Source of the DNA: an uncultured Gemmatimonadales bacterium
GTDB taxonomy: Bacteria; Gemmatimonadota; Gemmatimonadetes; Gemmatimonadales; GWC2-71-9
Length of the DNA: 64,000 bases
NCBI GenBank assembly: GCA_963698975.1
Contig: CAVOSV010000003.1
Location: 591,199 to 655,198, forward strand
Reading direction: 5' to 3'
A program made the position numbers and the translations under genes. The notes under the pieces were generated by a model. That model saw nothing but the letters and a program-made list of their open reading frames with translations, searched no databases and was not told where the DNA came from. Shown in pieces: positions 8,652 through 16,848 of this stretch (the stretch's first letter is position 1; each line of letters opens with the position of its first letter).

Positions 8652-9756
8652 AGTATTTCAATCCCGCGGAATCCGCGAACTTCTTCAATAGCTCCTGCTG
8701 CTCCGGGCTCAGCTCGTCCGGGACTGTCACCTGCACTCCAACCAGCTGATCGCCGCGGCGTCCGTTCTTCTCAAGTCCCTGTCCCTTGATCCGGAACCGG
8801 CGTCCGGGCTGAGTACCCGGGGGGATTCGGAGGAGAACCTTCTTCCCATCCAGGGTCCGCACTCGGAGACGGGTGCCCAGCGCGGCCTGCGCCAGGTTGA
8901 TCGGAACGTCGGCCACGATGTCGAGACCTTCTCGCCGAAAGAACCGGTCAGGTTGGACTTGGAAGGTGACCACCAGATCCCCCGGCGCTGTGCCTTGACC
9001 GTTCCCCTGACCCTGCCCCCGCAGCATGACTCGGTCGCCATTATCAGTGGCGGGCGGAACGGTTATGGTGACCCGCCGCTCCGCCCTGATCTCCCCTGCC
9101 CCCCGGCAGGTTGGACACTTCTCCGAGGGAATGCGGCCCCGCCCCCGGCATTGAGGACAGGGCCGATTCACCGCGAAGTTTCCCTGACCAAAGGAGATGG
9201 TACCTCGGCCCTTGCACTCGGGACAGGTGGACCAGCTGGCGCCAGGCGCGCCACCACTTCCAGTGCAGGTTGGGCAGGCTTCGGTGACGGGCAGGGTGAC
9301 CGGAACCTTCCCGCCCAGCATGGCCACCCGGAAGGGAACCTCGACCACCGCCTCCAGAGTATCCCCCCTCCCTGAGTCCTCTCGCCTGCCCCGTCCGAAG
9401 ATGGAGGAGAAAATGTCACCCAGTCCGCCCATGTCCCCGAAATCAAAGCCTTGTCCGCTCACGTCCCCCGGATCCACTCCAGGCCCACCCCGGCTCGCGC
9501 CTGCTCCCTGGGGCCGGCGCGGCATGCCGTCGAAGGCGCCCAAGCGGCGCATCTGGTCGTACTGCTTCCGCTTCTCCGGATCAGACAGCGTACTATGCGC
9601 CTCGGAGACCTCCTTGAAGCGCTCGGCGGCCTTCGGATTGTTGGGGTTGGCATCCGGATGGTACTGCTTGGCCAGCTTACGGTAGGCCTTTTTTATGTCG
9701 CCCTGGCTGGCCGAATCGGGAACGCCCAGGACCTGGTAGAAGTCCTTGGCTGCCAC
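8650..9756 (-). CDS. dnaJ: Molecular chaperone DnaJ
   Basis: J-domain with HPD (QYHPDAN), G-rich linker, four CxxCxGxG zinc-finger repeats ([32 protein letters not shown]). Confidence 0.95.
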   Translation of the reverse strand: MAAKDFYQVLGVPDSASQGDIKKAYRKLAKQYHPDANPNNPKAAERFKEVSEAHSTLSDPEKRKQYDQMRRLGAFDGMPRRPQGAGASRGGPGVDPGDVSGQGFDFGDMGGLGDIFSSIFGRGRREDSGRGDTLEAVVEVPFRVAMLGGKVPVTLPVTEACPTCTGSGGAPGASWSTCPECKGRGTISFGQGNFAVNRPCPQCRGRGRIPSEKCPTCRGAGEIRAERRVTITVPPATDNGDRVMLRGQGQGNGQGTAPGDLVVTFQVQPDRFFRREGLDIVADVPINLAQAALGTRLRVRTLDGKKVLLRIPPGTQPGRRFRIKGQGLEKNGRRGDQLVGVQVTVPDELSPEQQELLKKFADSAGLKY

Positions 9757-9757
9757 G

Positions 9758-10414
9758 TCAGCGCTGCGCCTGCTCGGAGTAGACCTGGACCCGGGCCGGA
9801 CGCACCAGAGTGCCCTTGAACCGGTAACCCGGCTGGAACGTGGCGCTCACCATCTGCTCCTGCGAGCGATCGGTAGCCGGCGTCGTGGAGACCGCCTCGT
9901 GCAGCGCGGGATCGAACGCGGTTCCCACCGGATCTATGCGCTCCACTCCGGCATCCTGCAGCTCCTTCCAGAGCTTCCGGTCCACCGCGCTGAGCCCTTC
10001 GCGCATGGTGGGAAGGGGAGTGGAGGGATCGCTGGCGACCAGGCGATCCAGATCGTCCAGGACATCGAGCAGCTTGGCCACGAAGCTGGCCTGGGCCCGG
10101 TCGGCCAGCTCAGCCCGCTCCCGGCTGCTGCGCTTGCGGTAGTTGTCGTACTCGGCCGCCAGCCGGAGATGGCGGTCCTTGAGCTCAGCAAGGTCGTCCT
10201 CCAGCCGCGTGTCCTGTCCTCCCAAGAACCGGGGCTGGGTGTCTTCAGTCCGGGAGGACGGCTCCGAGCTCATATCGGTCGAGGCGAGATCACCGCCTTC
10301 GGCGCTGCGGCCGGTATCGCTCTCCGGCTCAGCCATTCCCGCTGGAGTGTCGATGGGACGCCTGTTGCCGTCGATATTGCGTTCAAATCCACTCTGTTTT
10401 GCCACTTTACACAC
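9758..10414 (-). CDS. grpE: Nucleotide exchange factor GrpE
   Basis: [12 protein letters not shown] motif and C-terminal beta domain. Sits immediately upstream of dnaJ. The start is uncertain: GTG at 10414, or ATG at 10336. Confidence 0.85.
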   Translation of the reverse strand: MCKVAKQSGFERNIDGNRRPIDTPAGMAEPESDTGRSAEGGDLASTDMSSEPSSRTEDTQPRFLGGQDTRLEDDLAELKDRHLRLAAEYDNYRKRSSRERAELADRAQASFVAKLLDVLDDLDRLVASDPSTPLPTMREGLSAVDRKLWKELQDAGVERIDPVGTAFDPALHEAVSTTPATDRSQEQMVSATFQPGYRFKGTLVRPARVQVYSEQAQR

Positions 10415-10506
10415 TCACTCTCGAGACCCACCAAAGATAACATCTAGCCAACCTTCAAACCTTCCCATAACATTGACCCGCCCCCACCATAGTTCCCATC
10501 GAACCA

Positions 10507-11841
10507 ATGCACCCTTGCCTTACCGGCAGAGGGAGTCCGTCCGTGATTTGGCGCTCCACCCTAAGTTCGTGCCGCCTGTCGGGGGCTGCCATCATCCTTT
10601 TCCTGACTGCCGGCTGCTCGGATAGCCCGACCGAGCCGCATCAGGGCATGGTTCGCCCACTTACACCTCCGAGCTCTCACGCGCTGGTCTCGTACTTTCC
10701 GCCCTCCGAGCTGACTGGCGGGTGGCGAACAACAACCGACCCGCAAGCACTGGCCGGGTTGGGCATTAGCGCAACCGGGTTGGCAGATCTTGGGGCGTAC
10801 ACGATGTCCCTTCCCTGGGAGAACTATCGGGTCGGCGTAAGAGGGTACGACCCCAGCAATAAGGCCTCGCTGGTAATCAAGAATGGCTGGGTTGTGGGAG
10901 AGTGGTATAACCAGGCGTCAGCCCGGAACGGTATGTATTACCTGGCATCAAACGGGAAGACGTTTGCCATGATGCTGCTGGGCAGGCTGGTGTTGGACCA
11001 TCCCGAGCTGGGCATAGGCCTGAGCACGCCCCTGTACGACCCCCGCTGGTTGCCGCAGGGATTTCCCCTGACCGACCCCCGCAAGGCGTCCATCACGTTC
11101 GGACAGTTGCTCAAACACGTCTCGGGTATCATTCCTCAGGTTGAGGACCCGGTGGCAAACGTGAGCGTGCTGTCGGACCCGAGCTGGAACTTCGAGGCCT
11201 TCACCGTCGGAAAAGATCCGGACTTTCCGGTCACCGCACCGCTCTATTACACGCCAGGCGACCCATCCAGCTACGCCAAGGGAGACACCTACTCCAGCGT
11301 GGGATTCAATCATCTCAGTCTGATGTTCCGCAACGTGACCGGACTCGAAGCCAGCGTGTACCTCCGGCGAAAGATGCTTAACCCCATCGGGGTCGGAGCC
11401 ATGTCATACCGGTTGTCGTCAGGGATGGGCTCCTACAAGTGGGCCACGGCGGGGAACAACTTTGCCGGCGCCCGAGACTATGCGCGCCTGGCCTATCTCC
11501 TTCTACATGAGGGCAAATGGGAAGGGCGGCGGATCTTTACCGCCTCGTGGATTCGTCAGTTTACCACGGTTGCCGGCTATCCCAACATCAGTTCCAATGC
11601 TGAATGCGGCTGGGGAAATGCCTATCCCAAGGACATGTACCGGATCATCGGCTCCGGGGTAAATCTGGCCTTGGTGATCCCATCTCTCGATCTGGTGGCG
11701 ACATTGAACGGACGAATACCCAACTCGATGCGCGATCAGGTGACGGCCGAATTTCTCCGCCTATTGTTCGCCTCCATTACGCAGCAGTATGTGACTTGCG
11801 ATGGCCAGGTGATGAACGGCGGATCCACTACCGCTCCGTAG
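10507..11841 (+). CDS. Serine hydrolase, beta-lactamase/transpeptidase-like fold (lipoprotein)
   Basis: Lipobox LFLTAGC and a candidate SxxK motif (ASNGKTF). The 3' end overlaps the convergent cinA by 14 nt. Confidence 0.5.
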   Translation: MHPCLTGRGSPSVIWRSTLSSCRLSGAAIILFLTAGCSDSPTEPHQGMVRPLTPPSSHALVSYFPPSELTGGWRTTTDPQALAGLGISATGLADLGAYTMSLPWENYRVGVRGYDPSNKASLVIKNGWVVGEWYNQASARNGMYYLASNGKTFAMMLLGRLVLDHPELGIGLSTPLYDPRWLPQGFPLTDPRKASITFGQLLKHVSGIIPQVEDPVANVSVLSDPSWNFEAFTVGKDPDFPVTAPLYYTPGDPSSYAKGDTYSSVGFNHLSLMFRNVTGLEASVYLRRKMLNPIGVGAMSYRLSSGMGSYKWATAGNNFAGARDYARLAYLLLHEGKWEGRRIFTASWIRQFTTVAGYPNISSNAECGWGNAYPKDMYRIIGSGVNLALVIPSLDLVATLNGRIPNSMRDQVTAEFLRLLFASITQQYVTCDGQVMNGGSTTAP

Positions 11842-13075
11842 CTTCTCCGAGGAGCCGGAAGAGGAGATGTAGCGCCGCCTGAGCAGCCCGGGCCCGGACT
11901 TCGTGTCGGGAACCGGCAAACCGCACGTGCCTGGCGTGTACCTCGCCCCGTAGCGCGCATCCAATCCAGACTGTACCCACAGGCTTCTGCTCCGTGCCTC
12001 CCCCAGGTCCCGCAATGCCGGTAATCGCCAAAGCGGCGTCGACGCCAAACCGCTGGGCTGCACCCACCGCCATGGCGCGAGCCACCGGCTCGCTTACCGC
12101 GCCGTGCTCATCCAGCAGGGCCTGGGCGACACCCAAGGCCTTTACCTTGACCGCGTTGTCGTAGGCGATCACCCCGCCGACAAAGACGTCCGAGCTGCCG
12201 GGGATTTCCGTGAGCCGCCCGCCCAGCAATCCCCCCGTGCATGACTCGGCCACGGCAACCCGGATGCCGGCCGTTCGGGCCCGCTCCAAAACCAGGGCCG
12301 CCAAATCCGTATCATCCTCCCCATAGACCGGATCACCAGCCCGGGCCCGGATCAGCTCGATTGCCGAGCCAAGCAGCCGGTCTGCTTCTTCGGGCTGAAG
12401 GTTCCAGGCGGTGAGCCGCAGATCCACGCCTTCGTACCCGGGCAGGTAGGCCAGAGTGACGGGGGCGATCTTCTCCTCCACGTCCCCCAGCCGCTCGGCC
12501 AAGGTGGACTCGGGTATGCCACTGGTTCGAAGCTGGCGGGAACGAATGATCGCTCCCGAGGCTCTGGCCCGAAGGCGGGGCACCACCTCGTGCTGAAGCA
12601 GCTTTCGCATCTCCTGAGGAACACCAGGCAACATGATGGTGAGACCCGGCGCGCCTTCGAGCCACAGGCCAGGAGCCGTCCCCCAGCGGTTTCGCAGTAC
12701 TACGGCCCCCCGCGGCACCTCGGCCTGGCTCCGGTTGCTCTGGACCGGCTGTCGCTGTAGCCGGGCGAATCGCTCCAGCAAATTGGCCCAGACGCTTTCG
12801 TCGAACTCGAGTGGTGCCCGATAGAGCTCGGCTACCACCTTCTTACTCATGTCATCGCGGGTGGGCCCCAGGCCTCCGGTGGTCAGTACTACGCCGGTGC
12901 GCTGTAGGGCTTCGTCCACTGCCGCGCGAATGGCATCCGGGTGGTCGGCCACCGACACCCGGCGGACCACCTGCACGCCGTTGTCGGCCAGACTCCGGGC
13001 GATCTCGGCGCCGTTGGTATCTACCGTGAACCCCAGGAGGAGCTCAGTTCCAATGGTGACGAGCTCGATGTTCAT
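11828..13075 (-). CDS. cinA: Competence/damage-inducible protein CinA (MoCF-binding domain plus PncC-like NMN amidohydrolase domain)
   Basis: N-terminal MNIELVTIGTELLLG and C-terminal ESCTGGLL motifs. Confidence 0.9.
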   Translation of the reverse strand: MNIELVTIGTELLLGFTVDTNGAEIARSLADNGVQVVRRVSVADHPDAIRAAVDEALQRTGVVLTTGGLGPTRDDMSKKVVAELYRAPLEFDESVWANLLERFARLQRQPVQSNRSQAEVPRGAVVLRNRWGTAPGLWLEGAPGLTIMLPGVPQEMRKLLQHEVVPRLRARASGAIIRSRQLRTSGIPESTLAERLGDVEEKIAPVTLAYLPGYEGVDLRLTAWNLQPEEADRLLGSAIELIRARAGDPVYGEDDTDLAALVLERARTAGIRVAVAESCTGGLLGGRLTEIPGSSDVFVGGVIAYDNAVKVKALGVAQALLDEHGAVSEPVARAMAVGAAQRFGVDAALAITGIAGPGGGTEQKPVGTVWIGCALRGEVHARHVRFAGSRHEVRARAAQAALHLLFRLLGEATER

Positions 13076-13103
13076 GCGAGCTGGAAGCTAGGGACTAGGC
13101 GTC

Positions 13104-13187
13104 GGGAGCTAGGAGCTGGAGCGGAGAGGCCGCTCACGGAAGCTGGTCCAGAGGTTTGGCTCCCAGCTCCGACCTAGCTACCAGCTC
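13104..13187. repeat. Imperfect hairpin built from AGCT(A/G)GG-type short repeats
   Basis: GGGAGCTAGGAGCTGGAGC at 13104-13122 faces GCTCCCAGCTCCGACCTAGCT at 13159-13179 (complementary with bulges). Lies between the pgsA stop and the cinA start. Confidence 0.7.
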
Positions 13188-13815
13188 TGTCGGAAAAGAG
13201 TCGCCGATTGCGGTAGAGATAGAGCACAAAGGAGTAGACGGTGAGCGCTGCCGCAACAGCCAGGGTGACGGCGACAAAGCCCCCGTGGAATTCGTTCCAG
13301 TACTGCGCGTATTGATTGTGCTCCCAACCCATGGGCTTGCGCGCGTCGCGGAAGGCAAACCAGAGGATAACGGCACCAACAAAAACATTCTGAATTGCGG
13401 TCTTCAACTTGCCGGCGCCGGCAGCAGGAATCACCACCCCTTTCTTGCTGGCCCACCAACGAAAAAGGGTCATGGCCAGTTCCCGCCCGATCAACAACAG
13501 GCATACCCAGAGGGGAATGCTGCCCCAGATGGGTATGTCGTAGAGGTCGTGGCGCCAGCGGGAGATGAAGTAGATCGGAATCAGCGTGGCGAAAAGCAGC
13601 AGCTTGTCGGCGATGGGATCGAGCAGCTTGCCCAGGTCGGTGACTTCATTCCGGCTCCGGGCAAGATGCCCGTCGTAGACGTCGCTTACCGCGGCAATGA
13701 TGAAGATGACGAACGCGATCAGCTTGGGCCAGTATCCCTCGATGAACGGAAGCAGCGCGATCACGGGGGTGAAGCAGATGCGAACCAGGGTAATGATATT
13801 GGGCAGGGTCCACAT
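13174..13815 (-). CDS. pgsA: CDP-diacylglycerol--glycerol-3-phosphate 3-phosphatidyltransferase
   Basis: CDP-alcohol phosphatidyltransferase motif DGHLAR..G..LDPIADK. Multi-TM protein. Confidence 0.9.
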   Translation of the reverse strand: MWTLPNIITLVRICFTPVIALLPFIEGYWPKLIAFVIFIIAAVSDVYDGHLARSRNEVTDLGKLLDPIADKLLLFATLIPIYFISRWRHDLYDIPIWGSIPLWVCLLLIGRELAMTLFRWWASKKGVVIPAAGAGKLKTAIQNVFVGAVILWFAFRDARKPMGWEHNQYAQYWNEFHGGFVAVTLAVAAALTVYSFVLYLYRNRRLFSDRAGS

Positions 13816-13820
13816 GGTAC

Positions 13821-14495
13821 CTACCCCAAGGTTTTGACGACGTTCTTGCTGATGGCTTTAAGGGTGTCGAACACTCCTTCACCGGTCAGCGCGACGGCTT
13901 CGAAGTAGGGCGCCCGCTCGATCCACTGGCCGTCCTCCTGCTGTACGAGAAACTCGGAATCGTGATACGGGTCGGGCGTGATCCGCTGCTTGCCGGTGTC
14001 GGTTACCGGCCACCCCGGATTGAGGGCTGACTGCAACTCGGTGATGGGGGCGGCATTGGGCAGATCGCGCTTGTTGTACTGAATGGCAAAGGGAATCTTG
14101 GTGACGTCGTACCCATGCTGGGTCATGTTCTCGTACAGGTTCTGCATGGCCTCGATGTTCGCATCCATGCGCTCGATCTGGCTGTCGGCCACGAACACCA
14201 CGCCGTCGACCCCTTTCAGGATCAACTTGCGAGAGGCGTTGTAATACACCTGACCAGGAACGGTGTAGAGGTGAAACTTGACCTTGAAGCCCCGAATGTT
14301 ACCAAGGTCGACCGGCAGGAAGTCGAAGAAGAGGGTTCGCTCGGTCTCCGTGGCGAGAGAGATCATCTTTCCCCGGGAGCCGGGTGCCACCTTGTTGTAG
14401 ACGTGCTCCAAATTGGTAGTCTTGCCACCGAGTCCGGGCCCGTAATACACCAATTTGCAGTTGATCTCGCGCGAGGCGTAGTTGATCATCGACAT
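13821..14495 (-). CDS. mglA: Ras-like GTPase MglA
   Basis: [29 protein letters not shown]-loop, TVPGQ switch II and NKRD. Near-collinear with Myxococcus MglA except for an insertion of about 30 aa after NKRD. Confidence 0.9.
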   Translation of the reverse strand: MSMINYASREINCKLVYYGPGLGGKTTNLEHVYNKVAPGSRGKMISLATETERTLFFDFLPVDLGNIRGFKVKFHLYTVPGQVYYNASRKLILKGVDGVVFVADSQIERMDANIEAMQNLYENMTQHGYDVTKIPFAIQYNKRDLPNAAPITELQSALNPGWPVTDTGKQRITPDPYHDSEFLVQQEDGQWIERAPYFEAVALTGEGVFDTLKAISKNVVKTLG

Positions 14496-14507
14496 TGGGC
14501 TGCTTCC

Positions 14508-14999
14508 TCAGGAGCCGAAGAGTTTGTCGATCTCGTCTTCCGCCTCGCCCAGAAACTCCGATTCTACCCCGGGCGCGCTGGTACCGTCGCGATTGAACAT
14601 GTCTGTGAACACCTGATTCAGCTGGACCACCGCCGTTTTTACCCGGAGCTTGACCAGTCCCAGTGTAGTTCGGTTGTCAAACAGCACCACCAGGATCACG
14701 CGGCGAGCAATATCCGCCAGGTACATCGATTCCCGCTCGCCCTGGTGAAACAGGGCGCCGAACTCGGACTCGCCCAGCATCCGGGCCAGCTGGTCATTTG
14801 CGCTGAAGTCGGCGGCGGTGAGCGACGCGAAGGCTGTGGCATCGAACGCCGGAGCCTCACCGGCGGTGGAGACCATCTGGCCGGTTCGGTCGACGATCAG
14901 CGCGGTGCGCGCATTCGATTCGCTGAGGAAGCCGCTGAGGATTGTCTGAATCTTTCGGGCGTCGTCTTCCCGAAACGACCAGCTCGAAGCGCCGCTCAC
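14508..14999 (-). CDS. mglB: Roadblock/LC7 domain protein MglB (GAP of MglA)
   Basis: Roadblock/LC7-like sequence (..ALIVDRTGQMVSTAG..VILVVLFD..). GTG at 14999, 10 nt after the upstream stop, gives 163 aa. The ORF-track start at 15227 would overlap the upstream gene. Confidence 0.8.
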   Translation of the reverse strand: MSGASSWSFREDDARKIQTILSGFLSESNARTALIVDRTGQMVSTAGEAPAFDATAFASLTAADFSANDQLARMLGESEFGALFHQGERESMYLADIARRVILVVLFDNRTTLGLVKLRVKTAVVQLNQVFTDMFNRDGTSAPGVESEFLGEAEDEIDKLFGS

Positions 15000-15009
15000 C
15001 GGCTCGGTC

Positions 15010-15279
15010 TCATGCCAGAGTCGCCTCCATACGCCGTACAATGGCCTCGGCCCGTCTTCGAAGCATCGGCTGCCGTTCCCAGGCAAGGTAGTCCCGCAAC
15101 AAACGCACGGTTTCCACCTCGTTCTGTCCTGCCAGAAAGCCCAGCGCGGCCAGTCGCCGGAGCGGCCGAGGGCTGAAGAGATCCCGCCGGTGGTAGGTGA
15201 GCCGCTGCTGGGCAAGGAGCCAGCCACCGGTTATACCCAGCACCACTCCCCCGGCAAACACCCAGGCGCGCGACCGCAT
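15010..15279 (-). CDS. Small membrane-anchored protein with a HEAT-like helical repeat (hypothetical)
   Basis: One N-terminal TM (AWVFAGGVVLGITGGWLLA). Its ATG shares a base with the recR stop (TGATG), suggesting translational coupling. Good GC3 bias. Confidence 0.55.
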   Translation of the reverse strand: MRSRAWVFAGGVVLGITGGWLLAQQRLTYHRRDLFSPRPLRRLAALGFLAGQNEVETVRLLRDYLAWERQPMLRRRAEAIVRRMEATLA

Positions 15280-15869
15280 CAGCCAACGTCCTGCCGGGCA
15301 ACCAGAGCGTGCGCCAGCGTGACGCCATCGATGTATTCCAGGTCTCCACCCATGGGAAGCCCTCGCGCCAAACGGGTAACTCTGACCCCCATGCCGGACA
15401 GCAGTTGCTGAATGTAGGTGGCGGTGACCTCGCCTTCCATCGACGGATTGGTCGCCAGAATCACTTCTCGCACCCCGCCATGGCGGACCCGTTGCACCAG
15501 GCTATCCAGCCGAAGCGACTCCGGCCCGATTCCGTCGAGCGGGGACAAATGCCCGCCCAGAACGTGGTAGTGGCCGCGGAAGTCGGTCGAGCGATCTACC
15601 ACGCCCACCGTCGAGGGCTCCTCCACCACACAGACCACTCCGGCATCTCGCCGCGGATCCTGGCAGATGGCACAGGGTTGGTCCTCAGTGAGGTTGCCAC
15701 ACTCACTGCAGGGCCGGACCCGTTCGGTCACGGAAGCGAGCGCCGAGGCGAGCCGCCCGACCTGTTCCGGTGGTTGCTGAAGAAGATGAAAGGTGAGCCG
15801 CTGCGCCGTCTTCCGCCCGATTCCGGGAAGCCTGGCAAGCTCGGTGATCAGCTCGTCGATCGCGCTCAC
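15279..15869 (-). CDS. recR: Recombination protein RecR
   Basis: HhH N-terminus, C4 zinc finger CSECGNLTEDQPCAIC, Toprim domain. Confidence 0.95.
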   Translation of the reverse strand: MSAIDELITELARLPGIGRKTAQRLTFHLLQQPPEQVGRLASALASVTERVRPCSECGNLTEDQPCAICQDPRRDAGVVCVVEEPSTVGVVDRSTDFRGHYHVLGGHLSPLDGIGPESLRLDSLVQRVRHGGVREVILATNPSMEGEVTATYIQQLLSGMGVRVTRLARGLPMGGDLEYIDGVTLAHALVARQDVG

Positions 15870-15872
15870 CGG

Positions 15873-16202
15873 TCAGAAAGGAGAGCCAAATGGCAGCGAG
15901 GGCACCTTCCGCATTTCGCTCTGGAGCATTTCGGCTGCCCGGCGCTGAGCCTCGGCCACCGCGGTCAGCACGAGATCGCTGAGAAATTCGGCGTCATGAT
16001 CCTGAAATACGGCCGGATCGATCCACACTGCGCGTACTGTGCCACGGCCATCGGCGGTGATCTTCACCATGCCGCCGCCCGAGGAGGTCTCGATGGTACG
16101 GTTTGCCAGCTCCGTCTGGAGCTGCTGCAGCCGGCCCTGCATCTGCTGGCCCAGCTGAAAGAGTTGCTGAAGATCTGCCATGCCGTCTGGTAATCCAGCC
16201 AT
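15873..16202 (-). CDS. ybaB: YbaB/EbfC nucleoid-associated protein
   Basis: Typical sequence of about 109 aa (MQGRLQQLQTEL....SSGGGMVKITADG). Conserved dnaX-ybaB-recR order. Confidence 0.9.
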   Translation of the reverse strand: MAGLPDGMADLQQLFQLGQQMQGRLQQLQTELANRTIETSSGGGMVKITADGRGTVRAVWIDPAVFQDHDAEFLSDLVLTAVAEAQRRAAEMLQSEMRKVPSLPFGSPF

Positions 16203-16251
16203 TGGGGGAAGTGTGGAGTCTAAGGTCGAGTTCAGACTGTCTTTACGCGCA

Positions 16252-16848
16252 TCAGTCTACGATCTCCAAATCTAACGCATCGGCCGCCGTGTCGAGGGCG
16301 GGGTCCTTGGCCCGGAACTCCCGCAGGCGGTCAGCTTTGATGCTCGAATCGGACATTCGGCGGGGCTTCGGCTGGGGGGCCTCCGACTGTTCCGGATTGG
16401 GCACCAGCCGCAAGCGGATGGGCTGGCCGAGGCTGCGGGTGAGGATCTCCTCCACCTTTGGGGCCTCCTGCTCCAGCCGCTCGGCGAACAACTGGTTGGG
16501 CTCGCTGAGTGCCACATTGAGGTAAGGCAGAATCAGGGCCACCGGCTCGACCGAAGCCAGGAGCTCGCCCAGCAACCGGCTCTGCACCCGGGCAGCGACG
16601 ATTATCGCGGGCCAGCCGGCACGAATGGCCTCGATCGAGGGGGCCAGTTTGGCGGTGGGCGGGGCCGCAGGGCCGCGGGGCTGTTCGGCAGATTCCGCCG
16701 GAGGACGGGCTGTTGCAGCTGCAGGGGTAGGATCCGGCCTCGATTCCACGCCACCCATCTGACCCGCGGATTCCTGGGGCGCTGCCCCGCTGCCGCGCTG
16801 CCCCACCGACTTCTGCCCCACTGCCCCGCCGCCCCGCTGTCCTTCCTG
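16252..16848 (-). CDS. dnaX: DnaX tau linker and C-terminal domain, encoded in the +1 frame relative to the dnaX N-terminal part
   Basis: Frame is open from the TAG at 16849-16851. Encodes ..PSIEAIRAGWPAIIVAARVQSRLLGELLASVEPVALILPYLNVALSEPNQLFAERLEQEAPKVEEIL....ALDLEIVD, typical of the tau C-terminus. Confidence 0.7.
   Translation of the reverse strand, partial: QEGQRGGGAVGQKSVGQRGSGAAPQESAGQMGGVESRPDPTPAAATARPPAESAEQPRGPAAPPTAKLAPSIEAIRAGWPAIIVAARVQSRLLGELLASVEPVALILPYLNVALSEPNQLFAERLEQEAPKVEEILTRSLGQPIRLRLVPNPEQSEAPQPKPRRMSDSSIKADRLREFRAKDPALDTAADALDLEIVD

Noticed and set aside
10415-10506. CIRCE (HrcA operator) or a sigma-32 promoter upstream of grpE.
   Set aside because: There is no TTAGCACTC-N9-GAGTGCTAA-like inverted repeat. 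The TTGAAG...ATCTTTGG sequence only loosely resembles a sigma-32 promoter.
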